Of a stretch of DNA of 64,000 bases, positions 49,809 to 59,544 are shown in pieces (positions within the stretch are counted from its first letter, which is position 1; the number at the start of each line of letters is the position of its first letter). Below the pieces are notes generated by a model. It made no database searches. It saw only the letters and a program-made list of their open reading frames with translations, and was not told the origin of the DNA. This stretch comes from an uncultured Gammaproteobacteria bacterium. Lineage in GTDB: Bacteria > Patescibacteriota > Microgenomatia > JALYQM01. Location of the stretch: contig CAZHTP010000004.1 in assembly GCA_964535655.1 (NCBI GenBank), positions 139,108-203,107 of the forward strand, written 5' to 3'. The position numbers and the translations under genes were made by a program.

Positions 49809-50702
49809 TTATTTATTTACTTTAACGTATTTGCTGGCAACATATCCTTTGGTACCATCACTCAGTACAATTTGGGTCCAACCTGAATCTAGTTGCTCAA
49901 TATAGGGATATGATTCTCCCGTATTAACCTTAGCTACTTCTTCACCATCGGTACCAGGTTTACTACGTACTCGTAGCCAGCCAGTTGGAGTTGAGAGTAT
50001 AGTTACTGTTTTTTCGCCAATTGTTGCGCTTGCTGACGCAGTGGTTGAAGCTGAGGCTTTAGGAGTAGCGGTTGGTTTAAGTGTCGGTGTTGCCTTTGGT
50101 GTCGTAGTGGCTTTGCCAGTGCTTGAAGGTGTTGCCGCGCTGGACGCTGTTGGTGAAGGCTCTGGTGAGATGAGTATGTCACTCTTTAATTGTGCCTCTA
50201 CTACGATTTTATAGCCATCAAACGCTTTTACTTTGACCTTTCGGGACTGATATCCTTCCTTGCTTAATTCTATTTCATGGATTCCTGTAGAAACAGAAGG
50301 GATAAGATAGGGTGAATTGCCTTGCTTTTGGCCGTCTAAACTGATTTCAACCTGTAATGGCGTTGTAACGATTGTTATTCCTTTACCTTTTTCTAAACTT
50401 ACATTTTCTCCTGCTTGTTCGTCGGGACTTTTAGCAAGTTCACGGTTGATATGGAAAATGGTGTTTTCGTTGATGCGGATTTTGCCTGAATTCCAGGTGC
50501 CTTGATCTGATTCTAATTTAATACTGTATTCTCCGGCAGTCATTTTCGAGTTTTGATATGGTGTTGAGCCCATTTCTTTGTCGTTAACAAAAACTTTAGC
50601 AGCAGATGCAGATTTTACTTCAATGCCTGCATTAGCTCTATTGGTGGTACATCCTGCAAGCAAGATAGAAATCCCAGCAATAAGAAGTATTTTTTTATTC
50701 AT
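49809..50702 (-). CDS. PEGA-domain + SH3b lipoprotein
   Basis: LAG|C lipobox; two PEGA repeats (G.TP, GIHEIELSKEGY); T/P linker; TPTGWLRVR...GYV. Confidence 0.85.
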   Translation of the reverse strand: MNKKILLIAGISILLAGCTTNRANAGIEVKSASAAKVFVNDKEMGSTPYQNSKMTAGEYSIKLESDQGTWNSGKIRINENTIFHINRELAKSPDEQAGENVSLEKGKGITIVTTPLQVEISLDGQKQGNSPYLIPSVSTGIHEIELSKEGYQSRKVKVKAFDGYKIVVEAQLKSDILISPEPSPTASSAATPSSTGKATTTPKATPTLKPTATPKASASTTASASATIGEKTVTILSTPTGWLRVRSKPGTDGEEVAKVNTGESYPYIEQLDSGWTQIVLSDGTKGYVASKYVKVNK

Positions 50703-50803
50703 AAGGTATGTGCCTATTCTATTTTTTTTAGTTAGATTATGCAAGAGAAGAAAGATTTTGCCCTTGACGGCTTTCTCAGTGAGCTTTTATAATCAACCCA
50801 CTT

Positions 50804-51325
50804 ATGCTTTATAATGATCAGAATTATAGTGGTGGTAACGGAAACGGGCAACAGCCGGGTTATGTTCCGCCCCAACAACCTCAAGCTTATTATCCACCGC
50901 AGCACCCTGTCCAGCCACCCGTTCATTCTGGGTATGGTGCTCAAAACGCGACGCCTGTTCAGCCAGTGCAGCCCTTTTATCCGGATGTTTCTAAGCCTAA
51001 GGTTTCAGATAAAATTCCTGATAGAAAAAGCGTTGCTACCAAAATGATTGAGTTAGTTTACCTATTACTGATAATTCTTGAATCTATACTTGCTCTTCGA
51101 TTTATTTTTAAGTTGCTTGGAGCCAGCGAAGATAACGTCTTTATTACCTTCCTTTATTCTATGACAGCAGTGTTTGTCGTTCCATTCCAAGGACTGTTTG
51201 GATCATCATTGCAGAACTCCATTAGAGTTTCGTTGTACGATTTAGAATTCACTACACTTGTTGCAATGGGTGTATATGCATTACTTGCATATATTGTAGT
51301 TCGAATTATAGATATTTTTAGATAA
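50804..51325 (+). CDS. YggT-like membrane protein with Pro/Gln-rich N-terminus
   Basis: LALRFIFKLLGA...PFQGLF...TLVAM.VY; upstream TTGACG-18-TATAAT. Confidence 0.75.
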   Translation: MLYNDQNYSGGNGNGQQPGYVPPQQPQAYYPPQHPVQPPVHSGYGAQNATPVQPVQPFYPDVSKPKVSDKIPDRKSVATKMIELVYLLLIILESILALRFIFKLLGASEDNVFITFLYSMTAVFVVPFQGLFGSSLQNSIRVSLYDLEFTTLVAMGVYALLAYIVVRIIDIFR

Positions 51326-51337
51326 TCTATTTTAAAT

Positions 51338-51380
51338 TTATACAAGAAAACTTCGCATTAAGCGGAGTTTTCTTGTATAA
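51338..51380. terminator. Bidirectional terminator
   Basis: TTATACAAGAAAACTTCGC-attaa-GCGGAGTTTTCTTGTATAA. Confidence 0.85.
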
Positions 51381-51389
51381 GCTGTATCT

Positions 51390-52433
51390 TTATTCACCAA
51401 AATAGATACCAATTGATTTAGCTGTTTTTATTAATTCGTGGTTTTTTGGTACAAATCTTGTTTCAGAGGAGGCTTTTTCTAAGGGAAGGGGAGTTAGGGT
51501 ATCATTCTGGATTGAAACGTAGAAGGAATGCTTTCCGTTTAAAAGTAGTGAAGCGGCTTTTTCGCCAAGTCGAGTCCCGAGAATTTTATCGAAAGTGGTT
51601 GGCTCTCCACCCCTTTGAATATATCCAAGTACAGAGAGTCGAGCTTCAAGGCTTGTAACTTCTTCAATTTTTTTTGTTAAGTTTGCTCCAGTAAGTGGAT
51701 GCATCGTTGGCTCGCCAATTGGATGGGCTCCCTCTGCAACAACAATTATAATTGCTTTATATTCGGTTCTTTCATTGAGATATTTAACCAAGTTTTCAAT
51801 ATCATACGGAATTTCAGGAATAAGAATACAATCTGCAGCTCCGGCAATTCCCGACTCAAGAGCAATCCATCCAGCATCACGTCCCATTACTTCAATAACC
51901 ATCGCGCGATGATGTGACCTTGCGGAATCATGAATTTTACCAATAGCTTCGGTAGCTGTGGTGATCGCGGTATTGAAACCCAATGTTATTTCGGTATTGG
52001 AAAGGTCGTTATCGATGGTTTTGGGAATACCGATGATATTTATCCCAGTTTGTTGTCCGATCCAATAGGCAATGCGTAAGGAGCCATCACCACCTGAAAC
52101 AATAAGGCCATCAAGTTTTAGTTTCTCTTTTGTCGCTTTAATTTTTTCAATAGTTGCTAACGCTTTTTCTGATGGCGCTTTGAGTAGTCCAACTTCACCA
52201 AAATCTCCCTTGTTGGATGTTCCAAGAATTGTTCCTCCTGTGCGTTCGATGTTTTCGACATCACGAAGTTCTAGTTCAGTATATCCGTCAGGCACATATA
52301 GACCCGGAAATCCATCATGAAATCCATAAACCTTATTTTGAGGATTGTTATTTTTTACGGTGAGCACGACAGCCCGTATAACTGCGTTTAAGCCTGGGCA
52401 GTCGCCCCCGGCGGTTAATATACCTATGTTCAT
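51390..52433 (-). CDS. pfkA: 6-phosphofructokinase
   Basis: TAGGDCPGLN, GGTILGT, GGDGS, PKTIDND, EVMGR, LGYIQRGG. Confidence 0.95.
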   Translation of the reverse strand: MNIGILTAGGDCPGLNAVIRAVVLTVKNNNPQNKVYGFHDGFPGLYVPDGYTELELRDVENIERTGGTILGTSNKGDFGEVGLLKAPSEKALATIEKIKATKEKLKLDGLIVSGGDGSLRIAYWIGQQTGINIIGIPKTIDNDLSNTEITLGFNTAITTATEAIGKIHDSARSHHRAMVIEVMGRDAGWIALESGIAGAADCILIPEIPYDIENLVKYLNERTEYKAIIIVVAEGAHPIGEPTMHPLTGANLTKKIEEVTSLEARLSVLGYIQRGGEPTTFDKILGTRLGEKAASLLLNGKHSFYVSIQNDTLTPLPLEKASSETRFVPKNHELIKTAKSIGIYFGE

Positions 52434-52492
52434 ATTCCCTTATTCTATTCCGGTAACTTTTATGCGTAAAGAGGGTATGTTACAATCATTTT

Positions 52493-53209
52493 ATGGTTGG
52501 TGAAATGCATTGTCATACGCGTTTATCCCGAGCGAAATGGGTTCATCGTGAGTTACCTACTCCTTTTGAACTTATTGATCATGCACTGGCTGCGGGTTTA
52601 GATTTTATCGCTATTACCGATCATGATTCGCAAGAAGCGTATCCAATGGTAGCTGCGTATGCTAAAGAAAAAGGAATTGTACTTATTCCTAGTGTTGAAG
52701 TAACGACGCGTTCTAATCGATTGTCTCGACGTCGCACCCATATTTTAGCGTATGGAGTAGAGAAAAAGATTCCGTCGCGAAGATCTGTTAAAGAGACTAT
52801 TGCAGCGATTCATGCGCAGGGTGGTATTGCGGCTGTTGCTCACCCTTTTTGTAGTAGGTATGGTAAGGTTCTTTATATAGGTCACCAGGTGGGTGATTAT
52901 TCTTTTGATGCAGTTGAGGTATTTAATAGTGATGAACTTCCTTTGGATAATATGCGGGCTCAAGCGTTGGCTTTGGTTTTGGATTTGCCGGGTATAGGGG
53001 GAAGTGATGCACATTGTTTAGAAAATATTGGTAACACGTGTGTATCTGTTGATATTCCAAAGACTGATGACTGGCGAGATATTTTGCAGGCCATTAAAGA
53101 GAGAAAGCATTCAGTGGTGAATAAGCAATATAATTTGGCGGAATTGCGCCAAAGTACGGTAAAGCTTCTTAAAAATACGTTTATTCCGATTCATTTGCAT
53201 AAGGACTAA
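52493..53209 (+). CDS. PHP-domain metallophosphoesterase
   Basis: HCHT, AITDHD, AHP, EVFN, GGSDAH. Confidence 0.92.
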   Translation: MVGEMHCHTRLSRAKWVHRELPTPFELIDHALAAGLDFIAITDHDSQEAYPMVAAYAKEKGIVLIPSVEVTTRSNRLSRRRTHILAYGVEKKIPSRRSVKETIAAIHAQGGIAAVAHPFCSRYGKVLYIGHQVGDYSFDAVEVFNSDELPLDNMRAQALALVLDLPGIGGSDAHCLENIGNTCVSVDIPKTDDWRDILQAIKERKHSVVNKQYNLAELRQSTVKLLKNTFIPIHLHKD

Positions 53210-53224
53210 AATAATTCTCTTTAT

Positions 53225-53358
53225 ATTACTCGTAAGACTTATTCTTTGCTGCGGAAGCAGAGGTTGCCTACCTTAACCTTATTTTTTGGTCGCTTATTGA
53301 GTACTTTGCTCCCTCCAGCTAAATGTCCTCGCTGCAGAATAAGTCATTACTTCGTAAT
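53225..53358. repeat. ~135-bp element with imperfect terminal inverted repeats (MITE-like)
   Basis: GACTTATTCT (53236) / AGAATAAGTC (53336) plus outer ATTAC/GTAAT. Confidence 0.5.
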
Positions 53359-53415
53359 CTTTAGGCAGTAAATTCTTCTCTTGACCAATTTATTAGATGC
53401 GCTAGTATTGCTCTT

Positions 53416-54144
53416 ATGGCTGACGATTTTATCGAAAAAGTTTTGCTTATAGATGATGAAGAAGTTCCGTATCGACTTGAGCGAAGTGCTCGTTCGTCGC
53501 GGATGAGAATTGTTGCAGAGACAATTGCCGGTATCCGGTTGTTATTGCCGATTCGGGCGAGCGAGCGGGATGGTGAGCGGTTTTTGGAAAGTAATGCAGA
53601 GTGGGTATACGCAGAATGGAAACGGATTGCCAAAGCACGGGAGAAGCAGAGTCATTTATTTGAGCCATTTCTTGAAAAAAATTCGATTGTGTATCTTGGT
53701 AAAAAATACCAGTTAGTTATTGATGTTGGGAAGCGGGTGTTACCGCCAGTTGTGGTTGAAGATGATGTGATAGTTGTGCAGTGTGTTAAAGCGGAGTTGG
53801 CGGAGAAGATTCTTGAACGCTGGTATCGTCAACAGGCAAAAGCTGTGATAAGTGGTTCGCTTGAGTTTTACCGTGCCAAAATGAATTTGCAATACAACGA
53901 ATTAACAATTAAGGATCAGAAAACTCGCTGGGGGAGTTGCTCTTCGCAAGGAAATTTGAATTTTAGCTGGAGATTGATATTAGCCCCTAAGGATGTTTTG
54001 GATTATGTAGTGGTGCATGAACTTGCTCATTTGGTAGAAATGAATCACTCTAGCCGGTTCTGGCATGTTGTTGAGACGCATTTTGCGGATCATAAGAAGC
54101 AGGTCAAATGGTTGCGGGAAAATGGGGTTGGACTACGAATATGA
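53416..54144 (+). CDS. YgjP/DUF45 family metal-dependent hydrolase
   Basis: KTRWGSCS, NFSWRL, DYVVVHELAH, NHS.RFW. Confidence 0.92.
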   Translation: MADDFIEKVLLIDDEEVPYRLERSARSSRMRIVAETIAGIRLLLPIRASERDGERFLESNAEWVYAEWKRIAKAREKQSHLFEPFLEKNSIVYLGKKYQLVIDVGKRVLPPVVVEDDVIVVQCVKAELAEKILERWYRQQAKAVISGSLEFYRAKMNLQYNELTIKDQKTRWGSCSSQGNLNFSWRLILAPKDVLDYVVVHELAHLVEMNHSSRFWHVVETHFADHKKQVKWLRENGVGLRI

Positions 54145-54156
54145 TAAAATGGATGT

Positions 54157-55107
54157 ATGTTTATAGATACGCATTGTCATTTAGATTGGGATAGTTACCA
54201 AGAGGATTTTGACGCTTTAATGCAGAAAAATCGTGAATCCGGCATAGCTAAGATTGTTACAATCGGAGTAGATGAAGCTTCTAATGAGCGGACTCGATCT
54301 ATTGTTGCTAAGAATCCTGATGTTTTTCGCTGTGTTGGTTATCATCCGGAAATTGTTACTCAACCTGGATTTAATCAGGAAGAGATTAACCGGCTGATGA
54401 AGAAATTGGATGATGAATTGTTAATCAAAAAAACGGTAGGAATAGGTGAATGTGGTTTAGATTACTTCGCTTTTGTCCGTCCTGAGAATGAATCTCCTCG
54501 AACCCAGCGAGAGATCAAGCATTTAAAAGAGTTGCAAATTGATCTTTTTGAAAGACAAGTATTATTCGCCGTTCAGCGCGGATTACCTCTTTCGTTACAT
54601 GTTCGCGATGAAGCGGGCCCTGAAGCTTATTTAGATGTATTGGCTACGTTAAGTGAATACTTTGGTGAAGGGCGAGGATTTTTAGAGCAGGAACTGGCTT
54701 TTTCGATTGCTTCACTGGAAAAAAATTATTTTGAAGGTAGTTCGGAATTCGTCTCTGTTGCAGCAAACGCTAAAAAGGAAAAAGTTGTTGGGGTTTTGCA
54801 TTGCGTAAGCGGCCCGCTTGAGTATATAGAAGCCTGTTTAGAGATGGGATTTATGGTTTCTTTTGCAGGGAATGTTACGTATAAAAATGCAACTCATATA
54901 CAGGAAATTGCTAAAATTGTCCCGCTAGAAAAAATTGTGCTTGAGACCGATGGACCATTTCTTTCTCCTATACCGTATAGAGGAAAGCGAAATGAAAGTA
55001 ATTATATGATTGAAACTGCCAAGAAAATTGCTGAGATTAAAAATGTGTCAGTTGAAGAAGTTGCCCGACAATCAACGGAGAATGCTCAGTTACTTTTCAG
55101 TCTTTAA
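54157..55107 (+). CDS. tatD: TatD family DNase
   Basis: IDTHCH, GYHP, IGECGLDY, LHVR, VLHC, LETDGP. Confidence 0.93.
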   Translation: MFIDTHCHLDWDSYQEDFDALMQKNRESGIAKIVTIGVDEASNERTRSIVAKNPDVFRCVGYHPEIVTQPGFNQEEINRLMKKLDDELLIKKTVGIGECGLDYFAFVRPENESPRTQREIKHLKELQIDLFERQVLFAVQRGLPLSLHVRDEAGPEAYLDVLATLSEYFGEGRGFLEQELAFSIASLEKNYFEGSSEFVSVAANAKKEKVVGVLHCVSGPLEYIEACLEMGFMVSFAGNVTYKNATHIQEIAKIVPLEKIVLETDGPFLSPIPYRGKRNESNYMIETAKKIAEIKNVSVEEVARQSTENAQLLFSL

Positions 55108-55169
55108 TTCTACTATTAATACTGTTATATTTTGCCTAGCATTATTTTTAACTCGTTAAAGGAGCTCAT

Positions 55170-55466
55170 ATGGTTGTATCAATAGAAGCCCGTAATTTTG
55201 AACTCACTGATGCCATCAAGTCACGTGTTGAGAAAATGATACTGAGTCCATTAAAAGTACACGAAGAACATATTACCAAAGTTACAACGATACTTGACTA
55301 TCTGCATCATCGTAAGGGGGGGCAGCCCAACGCGGATGTTCGCATCGTTGTTGAAATTCGAGGTCCGGATTTAGTTGCCAAAAATGAACATGATGATTTA
55401 TATGAAGCAGTGGATGGTGCGCTTGATAAAATCGTTGATCAGATTCAAAAGCGCAGAGAAAAATAA
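55170..55466 (+). CDS. hpf: Ribosome hibernation factor (short HPF/RaiA)
   Basis: ARNFELTDAIK, DLYEAVD..DKI..Q. Confidence 0.9.
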   Translation: MVVSIEARNFELTDAIKSRVEKMILSPLKVHEEHITKVTTILDYLHHRKGGQPNADVRIVVEIRGPDLVAKNEHDDLYEAVDGALDKIVDQIQKRREK

Positions 55467-55545
55467 TCTTAATTTTAGGAAATTTAATTAATTCGACGAA
55501 GTGTTGGTGATGCTATTGGTGGGCTGATCTGTTACACTTTACTTG

Positions 55546-56508
55546 ATGAGGAAACTGCTTGTAATTGTCTGGAGTCTTTGTTTTTTGCTGGTAAGTTATT
55601 GTGTTGGAATTAGTTTTTTCTTGGGTGGAGTTTCAGCTTTTGCCGAATATGTTGCTCTTTTCCCTCAAGTCGCTTATTTTGTCTTTTATATTGTTCTCTT
55701 GATTTCAGGGTACTACTTATTTGAAAAAAAAATGTGTGTACCTTTAGTTTTTCCCGTACTTGGCTTATTGGTTGCAACAATCTGGATTTCTGATATATCC
55801 TTATTGTACTTTCCATCTTACACTCAATTTGACTCTGCTCATTTAATAAAAGTTGTGAATTGGAATACCCGTGTATGGGATATTTCTCGAGAAGAGTCAT
55901 TCTACTTGGAAATGAAGAAAGTAAATGCAGATGTTTATCTTTTGCAAGAAGTGGTGAAAGCAAAAAATCCAGGGTTAAGTAGTCGACTTCATCTTACATT
56001 TCCCGAGTATTCAATTTCGCATGATGGCGAATTTTTAACACTTTCCCGGTTCCCTATAATCTATAATACTTTTTCTTCTTCAAAAGGGTATTCACGCCAT
56101 GATGTTTATCTCAACAACCACTTAGTCTCCTTTTATAACGTTCATATTCGTGTTCCTATATATGGAGACACTGTCGAGAAAAATAATTTGTATGATTTTA
56201 GGCTGCGTCGAGATCAGTTTGAAGATTTAAGTCGGGATTTATATGGAAACACAAATAGTATCTTTTTAGGAGGAGATTTTAACTCGACGCGCAATTATTC
56301 GCCTATTCGATTACTTGAACGTCAATTTAAGCTTAATCAGCCGAGTGGAGTACTTTTGTTTCCTAAAACGTATAGCACTACCTTGCCGGCAATTCGGATA
56401 GATTATCAGTTTACCTCAATGAAAAATGTATTTGTTAAATACAATACTTTTGGTGGTACAATAAGTGATCACTTTGGAATATATGGAGAGTTTTATGATA
56501 ACTATTGA
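55546..56508 (+). CDS. Membrane-anchored endonuclease/exonuclease/phosphatase family protein
   Basis: Three TM helices, VNWN, LLQE, GGDFN, RIDY, SDH. Confidence 0.88.
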   Translation: MRKLLVIVWSLCFLLVSYCVGISFFLGGVSAFAEYVALFPQVAYFVFYIVLLISGYYLFEKKMCVPLVFPVLGLLVATIWISDISLLYFPSYTQFDSAHLIKVVNWNTRVWDISREESFYLEMKKVNADVYLLQEVVKAKNPGLSSRLHLTFPEYSISHDGEFLTLSRFPIIYNTFSSSKGYSRHDVYLNNHLVSFYNVHIRVPIYGDTVEKNNLYDFRLRRDQFEDLSRDLYGNTNSIFLGGDFNSTRNYSPIRLLERQFKLNQPSGVLLFPKTYSTTLPAIRIDYQFTSMKNVFVKYNTFGGTISDHFGIYGEFYDNY

Positions 56509-57385
56509 TTTACCGTATCCAACGCATTGGAAAGAATATGCGTTGCTTGATACCGGAGACGGTGAGCGACTGGAGCGCTTTGGCAAATATGTTTTTCGCC
56601 GTCCAGACCCTCAAATACTGTGGAAAAAATCTCTTTCAGAGTCAAACTGGGACCGTGCTCATGGGCAGTATATCCGCATGTTTGAGGATAAAGGAGAGTG
56701 GAAATTTGCTACGACAATTCCTGATCGGTGGTTAGTACACTATGACGATTTCCAATTATGGGTTGAGCCAACTCCATTTAAGCATTTGGGTGTTTTTCCG
56801 GAGCAGGCTACACACTGGGATTGGATGCGAAAAATAATACAGGATGCCCAGATGAAGCCAGGTGAGAAACCACAAATCCTGAACTTATTTGGCTATACTG
56901 GGGGTTCGAGTATCGCTTGTGCTAAAGCTGGTGCGTTTATAACACATGTTGATGCTTCCAGATCATCTATTGCGTGGGCTAAAGAGAACCAGAAGGTAAG
57001 TGGCCTTCCTGAAGATTCGATTCGATGGATACTTGATGATGTTTTAGCATTTGTTCGACGTGAAGTTCGTCGAGGTAAAAAGTACGATGCAATTCTTATG
57101 GATCCGCCTAGTTTTGGACATGGCGCAAAAGGTGAAGTATGGAAATTTCATACTCATTTTCCGTTATTGCTTGAAGAATGCGCAGCACTTTTATCAGATA
57201 CGCCGCTTTTTGTCGTGATAAATGCCTATGCTGTCAGTGTTTCTTCGTTACTATTATTTACGATGCTAGATGAAACATTTACCAAACGCCCAGGTGAATC
57301 AAGCTGTGGAGAGTTACTCCTCAAACAAGAAAATTCATCACGACTTCTTTCTACCGGAATTTTTGGTCGGCGCTCTTTCAGGTAA
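56495..57385 (+). CDS. Class I SAM methyltransferase (RlmI/YwbD-like)
   Basis: RLERFG, KHLGVFPEQ, LNLFGYTG, HVDAS, MDPPSFG. Confidence 0.88.
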   Translation: MITIDLPYPTHWKEYALLDTGDGERLERFGKYVFRRPDPQILWKKSLSESNWDRAHGQYIRMFEDKGEWKFATTIPDRWLVHYDDFQLWVEPTPFKHLGVFPEQATHWDWMRKIIQDAQMKPGEKPQILNLFGYTGGSSIACAKAGAFITHVDASRSSIAWAKENQKVSGLPEDSIRWILDDVLAFVRREVRRGKKYDAILMDPPSFGHGAKGEVWKFHTHFPLLLEECAALLSDTPLFVVINAYAVSVSSLLLFTMLDETFTKRPGESSCGELLLKQENSSRLLSTGIFGRRSFR

Positions 57386-57443
57386 TCTCAAATTTTGATA
57401 TAGTGTAGCTTGTTACCGTATTGTTTATAGGAGACTTTGCTGT

Positions 57444-57884
57444 ATGAAAAAAACTATTATGAGTGTGTTGTTTGCTTCGACAATTTTATTACTTTCCGCT
57501 TGTACTGCACAAAGTACACCTTCACAGTCGCCTAGTGCACAAGCTCCTACAGGAACAATTAGCCCTGATCAAATTGATCAAGGTGAAGACTCTTCTCCCA
57601 GCGCCGCTATGACTGAACGCGAAATAAAGATTGAAGCTTTTAGTTATGGGTTTACTCCTAAGACAATTGAAGTTGCTAAGGGTGAAAAAGTGAAATTTGT
57701 TATCACTAATAAGGGTGGATTTCATGATTTTACTATCAAAGATTTTGATGTTTCAAAAGGATTATCAACGAATGCTCCAACCGAAGTAGCATTTACTTCT
57801 GATAAAACTGGATCTTTCGAATTTATATGTTCAGTCGGTAATCATGCTGCTCAAGGTATGAAAGGTACTATCGTGGTGAAATAA
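57444..57884 (+). CDS. Cupredoxin-domain lipoprotein
   Basis: LSA|C lipobox; type-1 Cu ligands H(DF)...C-x4-H-x4-M (CSVGNHAAQGM). Confidence 0.88.
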   Translation: MKKTIMSVLFASTILLLSACTAQSTPSQSPSAQAPTGTISPDQIDQGEDSSPSAAMTEREIKIEAFSYGFTPKTIEVAKGEKVKFVITNKGGFHDFTIKDFDVSKGLSTNAPTEVAFTSDKTGSFEFICSVGNHAAQGMKGTIVVK

Positions 57885-57885
57885 T

Positions 57886-58467
57886 ATGACATCAACTGAA
57901 GCTCGAAAATTATTGTATGAATGGGTTACATCGGCTAGTTTACGCAAGCACTGCGAGTCGGTTGCTGCCTCGATGGGACATTTAGCGTTAAAGTTTGGCG
58001 AGAATGCAGATTTGTGGGAAGCAGTTGGGCTTTTGCATGATTTTGATTATGAAAAGCATCCAACTTTAGAAGCGCATCCGATGAATGGTGTTAGGCATCT
58101 GCGCGAAATTGGCGTTGATGAAATAATTTGCCGGGCGATTTTATCACACGGTAATCATACTGGAGTAAAACGGGAAACACCCATGGAAAAATCATTATTT
58201 GCAGTAGATGAACTTTCAGGCTTCGTTACTGCGTGTACCCTAGTAAAACCGTCAAAAAATATTGCTGATGTTGAAGTTTCTTCTGTAAAAAAGAAAATGA
58301 AGGATAAAGCGTTTGCCCGGCAAGTTTCGCGTGAAGATATTATACAGGGAGCAGAAGGACTTGGCTTTGATCTTGATATACTAATAGGCGATGTAATCGA
58401 GGCTTTAAAAGGAAAAGCTGAGTTACTCGAACTTGATGGAAGGATGGCGGCCGGTAAGGTTTTTTAA
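57886..58467 (+). CDS. HD-domain (HDIG) hydrolase
   Basis: LRKH, GLLHDFDYE, AILSH, AVDELSG, KDKAFA. Confidence 0.88.
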   Translation: MTSTEARKLLYEWVTSASLRKHCESVAASMGHLALKFGENADLWEAVGLLHDFDYEKHPTLEAHPMNGVRHLREIGVDEIICRAILSHGNHTGVKRETPMEKSLFAVDELSGFVTACTLVKPSKNIADVEVSSVKKKMKDKAFARQVSREDIIQGAEGLGFDLDILIGDVIEALKGKAELLELDGRMAAGKVF

Positions 58468-58469
58468 TT

Positions 58470-59324
58470 ATGAATAATTTTCCGATAATTGGTGCACATG
58501 TTTCAACCGCGGGTGGCCTTGATAAAGGTATTGATCGTGCTGTAGAGCTTGGTGCTGACGCTATGCAAATTTTCGTTTCTGCACCGCAATCATATCGATT
58601 TACCGCGCCCGATGAAGCGATGGTTAAACTTTTTAATGAAAAATATGAACGATCAGCATTACATGGACTTTTTTTCCACTCTATTTATTTAATGAATTTA
58701 GCCTCTCAGGAAGGTGCGAAAAATCATCTTGCGAAGCAATCACTGGTGGATTATTTAAATACCGCTGCTTTATTACATGCTGACGGAGTAGTTACTCATA
58801 TTGGTTCATCGACCGGGACAACGTATGAGCAAGCAATAGAAACTATTCAAAAAAGTATTAACTGGGTGTTAAGTAAAACGCCTGCTGAGACGACATTAAT
58901 ACTTGAGGTTACTGCTGGGGCAGGGAATACTATTGGTTCTCAATACGAACACTTACGCGACATTCGCCAAGGTATTAACGATGTTCATCGGGTAAAAACC
59001 TGTTGGGATACACAGCATACCTTTGCATCGGGGTATGATATTCATACAGATTTAGATGGGGTATTAAAAAAATACGATGAACTAGTGGGGATTGATACCC
59101 TTAAAGTAATTCATTGCAATGATTCGAAAACCGAATTTAATTCACATAAGGATCGACACGAAAATATTGGTAAGGGCCTTATTGGTGATGAAGTATTTCG
59201 GCATTTGTTGCACGAAGAGCGACTTAAAAAACTTCCTTTTGTGCTTGAAGTTCCTGGGATGGATGAGAAAAGTGGACCAGACAAAGAAAACATTGACCAC
59301 TTACGTGAGCTTGGAAAGGAGTAG
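58470..59324 (+). CDS. nfo: Endonuclease IV
   Basis: GAHVS.AGG, HSIYLMNL, LEVTAG, DTQH.FASG, HCNDSK, DRHENIG. Confidence 0.95.
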   Translation: MNNFPIIGAHVSTAGGLDKGIDRAVELGADAMQIFVSAPQSYRFTAPDEAMVKLFNEKYERSALHGLFFHSIYLMNLASQEGAKNHLAKQSLVDYLNTAALLHADGVVTHIGSSTGTTYEQAIETIQKSINWVLSKTPAETTLILEVTAGAGNTIGSQYEHLRDIRQGINDVHRVKTCWDTQHTFASGYDIHTDLDGVLKKYDELVGIDTLKVIHCNDSKTEFNSHKDRHENIGKGLIGDEVFRHLLHEERLKKLPFVLEVPGMDEKSGPDKENIDHLRELGKE

Positions 59325-59544
59325 CTATGGAGGATGGATCAGAAATTTCTAAGGTACTTTCCACTTTCCCCGTGTTCGCTCTATCGTAGGGAACTACTAG
59401 CCCAGAAATGGCTGCTCAAGTTAAAGTGTTGTTCCCCGAGTCTGAGATGACGCCGATATACGGTACAAGGAGAAACGTACCTTTAACATCGATTCGCATA
59501 CCTATGTCATCGTATAAAAAGCCTTAAGTCATTGTGCCATTAGA

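Noticed and set aside
59328-59527. Small frame with an internal TAG (MEDGSE...ALS*GTTSPEM...KKP*) as evidence of stop-codon recoding
   Set aside because: TAG and TGA end conserved genes normally (rpsT and nfo TAG, murJ TGA) and Trp is TGG, so this is most likely a gene remnant or noise.
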